From an uncultured Solirubrobacterales bacterium (GTDB lineage: Bacteria; Actinomycetota; Thermoleophilia; Solirubrobacterales; 70-9): 64,000 nucleotides of DNA. Shown one piece after another: positions 1 through 9,575 of the stretch. A program made the position numbers and the translations under genes. The stretch is from the NCBI GenBank assembly GCA_963715625.1, contig OY970260.1, forward strand, positions 2,439,520 through 2,503,519, in the 5' to 3' direction. The notes under the pieces are model-generated. The model searched no databases. It was given only the letters and a program-made list of their open reading frames with translations, and had not been told where the DNA came from. The number at the start of each line of letters is the position of its first letter. Within the stretch, counting starts at the first letter, position 1.

Positions 1-1791
1 ATGCGGATCGTCGCCGACCACTCGCGCGGCGCCTCCTTCCTGATCGCCGACGGAGTCGTGCCCTCCAACGAGGACCGCGGCTACATCCTGCGCCGGATCA
101 TGCGCCGGGCGATCCAGCAGGGCCGTACCCTCGGCCTCGAGGCGCCCTGGCTGGGCCGCTTCGCCGAGCGGACGATCGAGATCATGGGCGAGGCCTACCC
201 GGAGCTGGCGGCCGAGCGCGAGACGATCGCGCGCTGGGTCGGCGATGAGGAGGAGAGTTTCGGCCGCACCCTCGAGCGGGGCAGCGAGCTGCTGGAGCGC
301 CTGGTGGCCGATGCGAAGGAGTCCGAGACCTCCTGGATCGACGCGGCGGACGCCTTCAAGCTCCACGACACCTTCGGCTTCCCTTACGACCTGACCAAGG
401 AGCTGGTCGCCGAGCAGGGGCTCTCGGTCGACGACGGCGGCTTCGAGGAGCTGATGGAGGAGCAGCGCCAGCGCGCCCGCACCGGCGCCGCCACCGCGCA
501 CGGCTCCGAGGATCGCCACGAGCGGGTGATCGCCTTTGCCGGCGAGACGCCGCCCACCCGCTTCGTCGGCTACGAGACGCTGCGCGCGACGACCGGCCTC
601 GCTGGCGTCGAGAGCGACGACGGCCGGGCCCTGGTCAAGCTCGAGGAGAGCCCCTTCTACGCCGAGGGCGGCGGCCAGGTCGCCGACTCCGGCGTGCTGC
701 GCTGGGAGGGGGGCGAGGCGAAGGTCCTCGACGTCTACAGGGTGGGTGAAGACCAAGCGCTCGAGGTGGAGCCCGGGGAGATCGACCCCGGGGCCGCGGT
801 TGAGGCTGTGGTTGACAGGGAGACCCGCCACGCGACGATGCGCAACCACACCGCCACGCACCTGCTCCACGCCGCACTGCGCGAGCGACTCGGCACCCAC
901 GTCCGCCAGGCAGGGTCTGCGGTCCGCCCCGACAAGCTGCGCTTCGACTTCACCCACGGCCAGGCGCTCGGCGCCGAGGAGCTGCGCGCGGTCGAGGACC
1001 GGGTCAACGAGTGGGTCAAGGCGAGCCGGCCGGTGCGCTGGCTGGAGATGGAGCGGGCGGAGGCCGAGCGCCTCGGCGCGATGGCGCTCTTCGGCGAGAA
1101 GTACGGGGAGTGGGTGCGCGTCGTCGAGGTCGACGGGGTCTCGCGCGAGCTCTGCGGCGGCACCCACGTCGCCAACACCGCCGAGGTCGGCATCTTCAAG
1201 ATCGCCTCGGAGGGGTCAAGCGCCGCCAACGTGCGCCGGATCGAGGCCCTCACCGGCCCCGCGGCGATTGACTGGTTCCGCGAGCGCGAGGATCGGCTGC
1301 GCGAGGTCGGCGACGTGCTCGGCTCGCCTCAGGACCCGGTGGCCGGCGCCCGCCGCGCCGCCGAGCGCTTGCGCGAGGCCGGAGCGGGCGCGCAGCAGGC
1401 CCAGAAGCAGGTCCTCGGCGAGGAGGCGGAGCGGCTGGTCGGCGAGGCGGCCGAGGTGGGCGCGGTCAAGGCGGTCGTCGCGCGCGTCCCGCTGGCCGAC
1501 CAGAAGCAGCTGCTCGAGCTCGCCAACCGGGTCCAGTCGAAGCTCGGCGGCGACTCCGCGGTCGCCCTCGGCGGGGCGGAGGGCGACAAGGTCGCCCTCG
1601 TCGTCCTGGTTTCCAAGGGCGCCGTCGAGAAGGGACTCTCCGCAGCCGAGATCGTCCGCGAGGCAGCCGCGGTCGCCGGCGGCGGCGGCGGCGGCCGCGA
1701 CGACATGGCCCAGGCCGGCGGCATGGATGTCGCCAAGCTCGACCAGGCGCTTGAGACTGCCCGCGGCGCGATCGAGCGGAAGGCCAGGTAG
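1..1791 (+). CDS. alaS: alanine--tRNA ligase, C-terminal ~596 aa (5' end outside window)
   Basis: ORF open from base 1; editing-domain motifs HTATHLLH and CGGTHV; Gly-rich C-terminal domain; followed by ruvX-mltG as in many bacteria. Confidence 0.9.
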   Translation: MRIVADHSRGASFLIADGVVPSNEDRGYILRRIMRRAIQQGRTLGLEAPWLGRFAERTIEIMGEAYPELAAERETIARWVGDEEESFGRTLERGSELLERLVADAKESETSWIDAADAFKLHDTFGFPYDLTKELVAEQGLSVDDGGFEELMEEQRQRARTGAATAHGSEDRHERVIAFAGETPPTRFVGYETLRATTGLAGVESDDGRALVKLEESPFYAEGGGQVADSGVLRWEGGEAKVLDVYRVGEDQALEVEPGEIDPGAAVEAVVDRETRHATMRNHTATHLLHAALRERLGTHVRQAGSAVRPDKLRFDFTHGQALGAEELRAVEDRVNEWVKASRPVRWLEMERAEAERLGAMALFGEKYGEWVRVVEVDGVSRELCGGTHVANTAEVGIFKIASEGSSAANVRRIEALTGPAAIDWFREREDRLREVGDVLGSPQDPVAGARRAAERLREAGAGAQQAQKQVLGEEAERLVGEAAEVGAVKAVVARVPLADQKQLLELANRVQSKLGGDSAVALGGAEGDKVALVVLVSKGAVEKGLSAAEIVREAAAVAGGGGGGRDDMAQAGGMDVAKLDQALETARGAIERKAR

Positions 1792-1799
1792 CGGCAGCG

Positions 1800-2204
1800 G
1801 TGCGCGTGCTCGCGCTGGACCACGGCACGGCGCGGATCGGCTGCGCGATCTCCGACCCGAGCGGGACCCTGGCGACGCCGATGGCGACGATCGAACCGCC
1901 CGAGGCGCGCGCGGTCGCCGAGCTCGTCGCGAAGTACCAGGTCGAGCGCGTCGTGGTCGGGCTGCCGCTGCACCTGAGCGGCGAGGAAGGCAGCCAGGCG
2001 GCCCTGACTCGGACCTTCTGCGGCGAACTGGAGGCGATCCTCGACGTCCCGGTCGAGACCTACGACGAGCGGCTGACGACCCGGATGGCCGAGGCGAGCA
2101 GGCGCGAAGGGGCGACGGCAGCACCGGACTCGATCGCCGCAGCCCACCTGCTCCAGGCCTACCTCGCCGGTCGCGCCGCGATGGAGGGGGGCGACGATGA
2201 GTGA
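1800..2204 (+). CDS. ruvX: Holliday junction resolvase-like protein RuvX/YqgF
   Basis: N-terminus VLALDHGTARIGCAISD typical of YqgF family; position directly after alaS. Confidence 0.85.
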   Translation: MRVLALDHGTARIGCAISDPSGTLATPMATIEPPEARAVAELVAKYQVERVVVGLPLHLSGEEGSQAALTRTFCGELEAILDVPVETYDERLTTRMAEASRREGATAAPDSIAAAHLLQAYLAGRAAMEGGDDE

Positions 2205-3198
2205 CGACCGCGCTGCCGCCGAACGCGAGCAGCGGCGTCGCGAGCGCGAAGCGCGTCGCGCCGAGCGCGGCGGCGATCCGCCGCCGCCGGTCGATCCGCC
2301 CCCCTCGCCCCCAAAGCCACCCAAGGTGAAGAAGGAGAGGTCACCGCGCTCGCCCGGCCGCCGCCTCGGCATCGCCGTCGGCGTCGCCGCGATCGTCCTC
2401 GGCGTCGCCGCGATCGCCGCCTTCGCCTACCGCCACTTCACCCGCGATGCGCCGCCCCCGGTCGTGATCAGGACGATCACGGTGACGGTCCCCGAGGGCT
2501 ACACCCGGGCCCAGACCGCCGAGCTCGCCAGGGCCGAAGGGCTGCGCGGCAGCTACGAGCGGGCGAGCGTCCGCTCCCCGTACCTGAGCCCGGCCAAGTA
2601 CGGGGGGAAGGAGGCCAAGAACCTCGAGGGCTTCCTCTTCCCCGACACCTTCGAGCTGGAAAGGCACGCCGGCGCCGCGGCGCTGGTCCAGCTGCAGCTC
2701 GAAGACTTCAAGCGGCGCATCAAGGGCGTCAACATGAGCTACGCGCGCTCGAAGAACCTCACCACCTACGACGTGGTGACGATCGCCTCCCTGGTCGAGG
2801 AGGAGGCGCAGCTCGAAAGCGAGCGCCCGCTGGTCGCGGCCGTGATCTACAACCGGCTGCGCGAAGGCATGCCCCTCGGCATCGACGCGACGGTCCGCTT
2901 CGCGACCGGCAACTACACCGAGCCGCTGACCGAATCCGAGCTCGCCGTCGACTCGCCATACAACACGCGGCTCAAGGCCGGCCTGCCGCCGGGGCCGATC
3001 GGCAGCCCGGGCCTCGCATCGATCGAGGCCGCGGCGCATCCGGCCAAGGTCGACTACCTCTTCTACGTGGTCGATCCCGGCAGCTGTGGCAAGCACGCCT
3101 TCTCCGCGACCGAAGCCGAGTTCCAGCGCGACGTCGAAAGCTACGAATCGGCGCGAGCCGCGGCCGGCGGCAACTCGCCCGACAGCTGCGGGGAATAG
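2197..3198 (+). CDS. mltG: endolytic transglycosylase MltG (YceG-like)
   Basis: N-terminal TM segment, YceG-type core (EGFLFPDTF, ASLVEEE, PPGPIGSPG); overlaps the ruvX stop. Confidence 0.85.
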   Translation: MSDDRAAAEREQRRREREARRAERGGDPPPPVDPPPSPPKPPKVKKERSPRSPGRRLGIAVGVAAIVLGVAAIAAFAYRHFTRDAPPPVVIRTITVTVPEGYTRAQTAELARAEGLRGSYERASVRSPYLSPAKYGGKEAKNLEGFLFPDTFELERHAGAAALVQLQLEDFKRRIKGVNMSYARSKNLTTYDVVTIASLVEEEAQLESERPLVAAVIYNRLREGMPLGIDATVRFATGNYTEPLTESELAVDSPYNTRLKAGLPPGPIGSPGLASIEAAAHPAKVDYLFYVVDPGSCGKHAFSATEAEFQRDVESYESARAAAGGNSPDSCGE

Positions 3199-3200
3199 AA

Positions 3201-3992
3201 GTGCCGCGGCTCGCCGTCCTCGGGCACCCCGTCGGCCACTCCCGCTCGCCGGCGATGCAGGGCGCGGCGCTGGCCGAGCTGGGGCTGGGGAGCGAGTGGA
3301 GCTACGAGGCGATCGACGTCGCCCCCGATGCCTTCGAGGCGCGGGTGCGGTCGATGCCGGAGGAAGGGTTCGCCGGCGCCAACGTCACCGTGCCCCACAA
3401 GGGGGCCGCGCTCACCCTCGCCGACGATCTCTCCGAGGCAGCCCGTGAGATCGGCGCCGCCAACACACTGGTCTTCGCGCAGGGTGAGATCCGCGCCGAG
3501 AACACCGATGCGGACGGTCTGCTCAACGCGCTGCCGGCTTCCCCGGCAGGCAGGCGGGCACTCGTGCTCGGCGCCGGCGGCGCCGCCCGCGCCGTCGTCT
3601 GGGCCCTGTTGCGCGAGGGTGCCGAGGTGGCCGTCTGGAACCGGACCGAGTTGCGCTCGCGCAACCTCTGCGAGGAACTGGGGGGCGATCCCGTCGCCGA
3701 GCCGGGCCAGAGCACGTTCGACCTGATCGTCAACTCGACCGCGGTCGGCCTGGGCGGCGAGGACCCGTTCGCGGAGCTGCCCCTGAATCCGGCCAGCTTC
3801 GCGTCTGGACAGACCGTGGTGGACATGGTCTACGGCCCGAAGCCAACCGGCTTGCTGCGCGCTGCCGGGGCCGCAGGCGCCACCACCGTTGACGGCCTGG
3901 AGGTTCTCGTCCAGCAGGGCGCCCTCTCGCTCGAGATCTGGACGGGATGCAAGCCACCACTCGACGTCATGCGTGCTGCAGCTCGGACATAG
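3201..3992 (+). CDS. aroE: shikimate dehydrogenase
   Basis: GHPVGHSRSP and NVTVPHK motifs, GAGGAARAV Rossmann motif; in aro cluster. Confidence 0.87.
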   Translation: MPRLAVLGHPVGHSRSPAMQGAALAELGLGSEWSYEAIDVAPDAFEARVRSMPEEGFAGANVTVPHKGAALTLADDLSEAAREIGAANTLVFAQGEIRAENTDADGLLNALPASPAGRRALVLGAGGAARAVVWALLREGAEVAVWNRTELRSRNLCEELGGDPVAEPGQSTFDLIVNSTAVGLGGEDPFAELPLNPASFASGQTVVDMVYGPKPTGLLRAAGAAGATTVDGLEVLVQQGALSLEIWTGCKPPLDVMRAAART

Positions 3993-4108
3993 GGCATACC
4001 CCGGCAGGGGTGGAACGTCTTGTACTTTTTCGCGGGAGCACGCCCGGGGCGCCAGCGATCCAGCGATCCACGAAAAAGTTAAGTGGAACCCCTGCCGGGG
4101 TATGCCCT
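3992..4108. repeat. 117-bp palindromic intergenic element, family 1, copy 1
   Basis: Outer perfect 20-bp stem GGGCATACCCCGGCAGGGGT / ACCCCTGCCGGGGTATGCCC; inner stem ACTTTTTCG / CGAAAAAGT; homologous in reverse orientation to 36080..36197 and 41181..41296; begins at the G of the aroE TAG stop. Confidence 0.85.
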
Positions 4109-4137
4109 CCCACACCTGCCGCCTATAGCCTTGCGCC

Positions 4138-5307
4138 ATGAGCACGCGCTTTCGATTCACGACTGCGGGCGAGTCGCACGGGCCGGGGCTCGTCGCGATC
4201 GTCGAGGGTATGCCGGCCGGCCTCGTGCTCGACCGCGAGGCGCTCGACCGCGACATGGCCCGGCGCCAGCTCGGCCACGGCCGCGGCGGGCGGATGAAGA
4301 TCGAGACCGACACGGTCGAGGTCCGCTCGGGCCTGCGTCACGGCCGCACGCTCGGCAGCCCGATCGCCGTCCTCGTCGCCAACCGCGACTACGCCAACTG
4401 GGAGGAGCGGATGAACCCCTGGCCGGTCGAGGCCGAGGTGGACGAGGTCCACCTGCCGCGCCCCGGCCACGCCGACCTGGTCGGCGCCCAGAAGTACGGG
4501 CACGACGACATCCGCAACGTGCTCGAGCGGGCCAGCGCCCGCGAGACCGCGGCCCGGGTGGCGGCCGGCTCGATCGCCCGCGGCTTCCTCACGGACCTTG
4601 GCGCCAGCGTCCACAGCCATGTCACCCAGATCGCCTCGGTGACGGCGCCCGAGCGGCCCGACCTGGGCCCCGAGGACTTCGCAGGGGTCGACGACGATCC
4701 GGTCCGCTGCCTCGACCCCGAGGCCGGCGCGGCGATGGTCGAGGAGATCAACCGGCTGCGCAAGGCCAACGAGAGCCTCGGCGGCGCCTTCGAGGTGCTC
4801 GCCTTCGGCCTCGTCCCCGGCCTCGGCTCCCACGTCTCCTGGGAAGACCGCCTCGACGGCCGCCTCGCCGGCGCCGTCGCCTCGATCCAGTCGGTCAAGG
4901 GGATCGCGATTGGGGAAGCGTGGGACGTCGCCGGCCGGCCCGGCTCCGAGGCCCACGACGAGATCTTCTGGTCGCAGGAGCGGGGCTACTTCCGCGAGAC
5001 CAACCACGCCGGCGGCGTCGAGGGGGGGATGACCAACGGGCTGCCGCTGTCGGTGCGCGCCGCGATCAAGCCGATCTCGACCCTGACCAAGCCGCTGCGC
5101 TCGGTCGATACCGAGACCAAGGAGCCCGCGCAGGCGCTCCGCGAGCGCACCGACTCGACCGTGGTGCCCGCGGCCGCGGTCGTCGCCGAGGCGATGGTCT
5201 GCCTCGTCCTGGCCCGTGCCTACCGCGAGAAGTTCGGCGGCGATCACATCGACGACGTGCTCTCCGCGGTCGAGGCGTACAAGCAGCGAATCGACTTCCG
5301 AGGGTGA
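4138..5307 (+). CDS. aroC: chorismate synthase
   Basis: MSTRFRFTTAGESHGPG N-terminus and full-length collinear chorismate synthase motifs. Confidence 0.93.
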   Translation: MSTRFRFTTAGESHGPGLVAIVEGMPAGLVLDREALDRDMARRQLGHGRGGRMKIETDTVEVRSGLRHGRTLGSPIAVLVANRDYANWEERMNPWPVEAEVDEVHLPRPGHADLVGAQKYGHDDIRNVLERASARETAARVAAGSIARGFLTDLGASVHSHVTQIASVTAPERPDLGPEDFAGVDDDPVRCLDPEAGAAMVEEINRLRKANESLGGAFEVLAFGLVPGLGSHVSWEDRLDGRLAGAVASIQSVKGIAIGEAWDVAGRPGSEAHDEIFWSQERGYFRETNHAGGVEGGMTNGLPLSVRAAIKPISTLTKPLRSVDTETKEPAQALRERTDSTVVPAAAVVAEAMVCLVLARAYREKFGGDHIDDVLSAVEAYKQRIDFRG

Positions 5308-5353
5308 GTCCCGTATTGACCGTGTTATCGACGGCGAATGCGGGGCGCGTCCG

Positions 5354-6886
5354 GTGAGGCAGCCTGCCCTCGTCTTCATCGGCTTCATGGGCGCGGGGAA
5401 GTCAACGGCACTCGCCGCGGCTCGCGAGGCGGGCCTCGAGGCCACCGAGAGCGACGAGCTGATGGAGGAGGCGCTCGGCAAGCCGATCCGCGACGCCTTC
5501 GAGGAGGGCGGCGAGGCCGCGTTCCGCGAGCGCGAGGCCGAGGTGGTCGGATCGCTGCTCGAGCAGGCCGACGGCGGGGCGATCGCTCTCGGCGGCGGCA
5601 GCGTCCTCTCCGAGCGGGTGCGAGCGGCGCTGGAGCGCCACGTCGTCGTCTGGCTCCAGGTCGGTGCCGATCAGGCCTGGGAGCGGATCGCCCGCAGCGA
5701 CCGCCCGCTGGCGACGAGCGCCGAGGACGTCGCGCGCCTCCTGGAGGAACGCCTGCCGCACTACGAGGCTCTCGCCGCCGCGATCGTGCCGCCGGGCGAC
5801 CGCGAGGTGCTCGCACGCGCGATGCCCTCGCTGCTGGCGCTTGCCGGCATGCCCTCCGGGACGAAGATGCTCTGGGCGGCGAGCGCTTCGGGGGAGTACC
5901 CGGTGTTCGTCGGTGCCGGTTTGCTTGGCGTGTCCTGGTGGCCCTTGGAGGGCCGGCGCTTCTGCGTTACCCACCCGGCTGTTGCTCCCCTCTATGCCGA
6001 GGAAATCGGTCCGCTGGAGGTCCAGGTTGAGGTCGAGCCAGGGGAGGCGTCCAAGTCGATGTCCGAGGCTGAGGACGTACTCCGCCGGCTGGCTCGGGCA
6101 GGGATGACCCGCGAGGACCACGTGGTCGCCCTCGGCGGCGGGGTCGTCGGCGATCTGGCTGGTCTCTGCGCGCACCTTTACCAGCGGGGCGTTCCGATTG
6201 TGCACGTGCCTACGACACTCGTCTCGCAGGTCGATTCCGCCTACGGGGGCAAGACCGGTGTCGATCTCCCCGAGGGCAAGAACTACGCCGGCGCCTACCA
6301 CCTGCCTGCGGCTGTAATCGCCGACACCACGACGTTGGCAACGTTGCCCCCGGTCGAGTTGAGCGCCGGTTTCGTCGAGGCGTTGAAGACCGGCCTCTTG
6401 GCGGGCGGGAGGGTGTGGGAGAGGATTCGCGCTATCGAATCGCTGGACCCGGGAGATCTCGGCGACGTCGTCTTCGCCTGCGCGCGCTTCAAGTGCGAGG
6501 TCGTCGCTGCCGACGAGCGGGACGCCGGCCGGCGCCAGGTGCTCAACCTCGGCCACACCGTCGGCCACGCGATCGAGGCGGCGAGCGGGTACGAGCGCTA
6601 CCGCCATGGCGAGGCGATCGGCCTGGGCTTGCTGGCGGCACTGCGCCTCTCCGATGCGCCCGCGCTGCGCGGGGAGGTCGAGTCGATCCTGCGCCGCCAT
6701 GGCCTTCCGGTGGCGCTCGATCCCGCCGTCGACGTCGACGCCACGCTCGCTGCGTTGGAACGCGACAAGAAGCGCACCGCTGCGGGAGTCGGCTTCGTGC
6801 TGCTCTCCGAGCCGGGCGAGCCCCGCACGGGCGAGCTGGTCGATCCGGCTAAGGTCCGCGCAGCCGTGGAGGAGTTGATCCAGTGA
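5354..6886 (+). CDS. aroKB: bifunctional shikimate kinase / 3-dehydroquinate synthase (fused AroK-AroB)
   Basis: GTG at 5354; Walker A GFMGAGKST (kinase), then DHQS motifs (GGGVVGDLAG, GHTVGHAIE) in the same ORF with no intervening stop. Confidence 0.82.
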   Translation: MRQPALVFIGFMGAGKSTALAAAREAGLEATESDELMEEALGKPIRDAFEEGGEAAFREREAEVVGSLLEQADGGAIALGGGSVLSERVRAALERHVVVWLQVGADQAWERIARSDRPLATSAEDVARLLEERLPHYEALAAAIVPPGDREVLARAMPSLLALAGMPSGTKMLWAASASGEYPVFVGAGLLGVSWWPLEGRRFCVTHPAVAPLYAEEIGPLEVQVEVEPGEASKSMSEAEDVLRRLARAGMTREDHVVALGGGVVGDLAGLCAHLYQRGVPIVHVPTTLVSQVDSAYGGKTGVDLPEGKNYAGAYHLPAAVIADTTTLATLPPVELSAGFVEALKTGLLAGGRVWERIRAIESLDPGDLGDVVFACARFKCEVVAADERDAGRRQVLNLGHTVGHAIEAASGYERYRHGEAIGLGLLAALRLSDAPALRGEVESILRRHGLPVALDPAVDVDATLAALERDKKRTAAGVGFVLLSEPGEPRTGELVDPAKVRAAVEELIQ

Positions 6887-7341
6887 CCACCGCCCACAAC
6901 CGCGTCGCCGTCCTGCACGGCGTCAACTTCGACATCCTCGAGCGCCGCGACCCCGAGGTCTACGGGGGCCTCTCGCTCTATGAGCTCGAGGCCAGGATCC
7001 AGGCCTGGGCCCGGGAGCTCGGCCTGGAAGCGATCTTCTTCCAGACCAACGCCGAGGGGGAGTTCTGCGAATACCTGCACCGCGTCCCCGAGCTGGCCGA
7101 CGCGGCGGTCGTCAACGCCGGCGCCTGGGCCCACTACAGCCGGGCGATCGCCGACGCGCTCGCGGTGGCCGCCGTCCCGTCGGTCGAGGTCCACCTCTCC
7201 GACGTCGAGGCGCGCGACGAGTGGCGCAGGCTCTCGGTCTTCGACGGGCTGGTGCTGGCGAAGATCTCGGGCAAGGGGCCCGACGGCTACCGCGACGCGC
7301 TCGAGCTGCTTTCGGCCGAGCTCGGCGCGAGCGCCCTTTGA
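6883..7341 (+). CDS. aroQ: type II 3-dehydroquinate dehydratase
   Basis: VAVLHGVNFDILERRDPEVYG, HLSDV motifs; overlaps the aroB stop. Confidence 0.9.
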   Translation: MTTAHNRVAVLHGVNFDILERRDPEVYGGLSLYELEARIQAWARELGLEAIFFQTNAEGEFCEYLHRVPELADAAVVNAGAWAHYSRAIADALAVAAVPSVEVHLSDVEARDEWRRLSVFDGLVLAKISGKGPDGYRDALELLSAELGASAL

Positions 7342-8399
7342 CCGGGTCGCGCGGAGACCGGCTCGCGGCCCTCGTCGCCGAGCGCGGGCTCGACCGCCTG
7401 CTCGTCACCGACCTGGTCAACGTCCGCTACCTGACCGGCTTCGGCGGCACCAACGGGGCCTGCGTCTGCGGCGGCGAGGCGCGCGTCTTCTTCACCGACT
7501 TCCGCTACACCGAGCGCGCCGAGGCCGAGGTCGAGGGCTGGGAGGTGGTCACCGTCAAGGACGACTGGCTCGGCGGAATCGCCGCCCACCTGGCCGGGCG
7601 GACCGGCTTCGAGGACCAGCACATGGCCGTCCGCACGTTGCGGAAACTGGAGGAGAAGCTCCCCGAGGGCGTCGCCCTGGAGGGGGCGGGAGGCACGGTC
7701 GAGAAGCTGCGCCGGGTCAAGGACGAGGCCGAGCTGGCGGCGATCGCCGCGGCCTCCGAGCTCGCCGACGAGACCTGGCGCCGGGCGCTGGAGGATGGGC
7801 TCGCCGGGCGCAGCGAGCTCGACGTCGCCCGGGCCGCGGAAGCGCGGATGCGGGAGCACGGGGCCGAGCCCTCCTTCCCCGCGATCGTCGCCGCCGGGCC
7901 GAACGGGGCCCTGCCCCACGCCGAGCCGGGCGAGCGCGAGATCGGCCGCGGCGAGCTGGTCGTCTTCGACATGGGGGCGAAGCTCGACGGCTACTGCTCC
8001 GACGGCACCCGCACCTTCGCGACGGGCGAGCCCGGCGAGCATGCCCGCGAGGCCTACGAGATCGTGCGCGAAGCGCAGGAGGCGGCGCTTGGCGCGGTTG
8101 CCGCCGGGGCGCGAGCCGAGGCGGTGGACGCGGTTGCTCGCGACCTGATCGGCGCCGCCGGGCACGGCGAGCGGTTCGGCCACGGGCTGGGTCACGGCGT
8201 CGGCCTCGAGGTGCACGAGGAGCCGCGCCTGTCGCAGCGCTCCGAGGACGTGCTCGAGCCAGGTGAGGTGGTGACGATCGAGCCCGGGATCTACCTGCCC
8301 GGCGAGTTCGGTGTGCGCATCGAGGACCTGGTGGTCGTTACGCCGGAGGGCTGCCGCAACCTCAGCGGCCTGCCCAAGGAGCTCCAGCTGGTCGAGTGA
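7338..8399 (+). CDS. pepP: Xaa-Pro aminopeptidase / M24 family peptidase
   Basis: TTG at 7338 overlaps the aroQ stop; creatinase-like N-domain plus M24 metal-ligand motifs (VFDMGA, HGLGHGVGLEVHE, EPGIY, IED). Confidence 0.8.
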   Translation: MTGSRGDRLAALVAERGLDRLLVTDLVNVRYLTGFGGTNGACVCGGEARVFFTDFRYTERAEAEVEGWEVVTVKDDWLGGIAAHLAGRTGFEDQHMAVRTLRKLEEKLPEGVALEGAGGTVEKLRRVKDEAELAAIAAASELADETWRRALEDGLAGRSELDVARAAEARMREHGAEPSFPAIVAAGPNGALPHAEPGEREIGRGELVVFDMGAKLDGYCSDGTRTFATGEPGEHAREAYEIVREAQEAALGAVAAGARAEAVDAVARDLIGAAGHGERFGHGLGHGVGLEVHEEPRLSQRSEDVLEPGEVVTIEPGIYLPGEFGVRIEDLVVVTPEGCRNLSGLPKELQLVE

Positions 8400-8476
8400 G
8401 CTCGCGCAGACAAGACGTTTAGCCGGGAGACACGCTGCAGTTTCAAGTTGAGCCGCCAAGCGGCCGATGTCATTGC

Positions 8477-9565
8477 GTGGCAGAAAGCACCCAGATCGCG
8501 AGCAGCATGCGCGGCACCGCCGTCGCTGCCGATCCGATGCGACAGCCGGACTCGCTGGCGGACATCCGCGACGACGCGCGCCGAGAGCGCCTGCTCGACA
8601 TGCAGGTCCGGCTGCGTCCCTACCGGATCGCCTGCTTTGCGATCCTCGCCCTCGCCCTCGCCTCGGTCTCCTCAGAGGTCGGCTGGTGGTGGATCGTGCC
8701 GCTCGCGGTCGGTTTCGCCGGCTTCGCGGTCGCCGACCGCTTCATGCAGCACAGTCGCCATCCCGGTCTCTGGGCGGCCACGGCCTGGGGGATCCTGCCG
8801 CTGCTGCTCGGCGACGCGGTCGTCATCACCGGCGGCGCGACCAGCCCGGTCCTGATGTGGTTCGCGCTGCCCGCGGTGACGCTGGGGGCGCGGTTCGCGA
8901 CGCGCGGGATCGCCATCGGGACCGCCTACATCCTGGCGCTGCTGTACATCAGCACCTACGGCCTCGACCAGGCGACCGCGATCGAGCACCACCAGGAGGT
9001 GATCGCCGCCGCCGCCCTCGTCCTCTGCACCGTGATCCTCTCCGGCGCCCTCGTCGAGTCCGACCGGGCCCATCGCCGCCGCGCGACCCTGGACCCGCTG
9101 ACCGGGCTCTTCAACCGCAACGCGCTCGAGCAGCGCCTGGCCGAGCTCGACGGCCAGCCGTCGAACCAGGAGGAGGGCCTGTCTCACGCCCTGCTGCTCT
9201 GCGACCTCGACCACTTCAAGCGGGTCAACGACCTGCTCGGCCACGCCGCGGGCGACGCGGTCCTCCAGGACGTCGCCTACACGATGCGGGCGGCCCTGCG
9301 CGCCGGCGACTCGATCTATCGCGTCGGCGGCGAGGAGATCCTGGTCATCCTGCCGGGAGCCGACGAAGAGGGGGCCGTGGAGATCGCCGAGCGCCTGCGG
9401 CAGGCCGTTCGCCGCCGCCGGCCGGTCGGCGTCGCGGTGACCGTGAGCGTCGGCGTCGCCGTCTCGCAGTCGGACGCCGTCAACACCGACGATCTCGTCG
9501 CCCGCGCCGACGCCGCCCTCTACTCGGCAAAGGCCGGCGGCCGCGACACCGTAGTCGTGGGCTGA
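8477..9565 (+). CDS. membrane-anchored diguanylate cyclase (GGDEF domain)
   Basis: Several hydrophobic helices followed by DPLTGLFNR ... RVGGEEILVILPG (GGEEF-type active site). Confidence 0.8.
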   Translation: MAESTQIASSMRGTAVAADPMRQPDSLADIRDDARRERLLDMQVRLRPYRIACFAILALALASVSSEVGWWWIVPLAVGFAGFAVADRFMQHSRHPGLWAATAWGILPLLLGDAVVITGGATSPVLMWFALPAVTLGARFATRGIAIGTAYILALLYISTYGLDQATAIEHHQEVIAAAALVLCTVILSGALVESDRAHRRRATLDPLTGLFNRNALEQRLAELDGQPSNQEEGLSHALLLCDLDHFKRVNDLLGHAAGDAVLQDVAYTMRAALRAGDSIYRVGGEEILVILPGADEEGAVEIAERLRQAVRRRRPVGVAVTVSVGVAVSQSDAVNTDDLVARADAALYSAKAGGRDTVVVG

Positions 9566-9575
9566 TCTTCCCCGG

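Noticed and set aside
3947-4141. Conserved peptide (GVERLVLFRGS..KKLSGTPAG) translated from family-1 elements
   Set aside because: The peptide is conserved in copies 1 and 2 only because the DNA is conserved. Copy 3 needs a frameshift to give the same peptide, there are no starts or RBS, and the copies occur in both orientations. I treat the element as non-coding.
8407-8421. Shared CAGACAAGAC(G/A)TT at 8407 and 44133, both at left borders of accessory insertions
   Set aside because: Exact 10-13-mer matches are expected many times by chance in 64 kb (order-of-magnitude estimate). There is no extended similarity around them.
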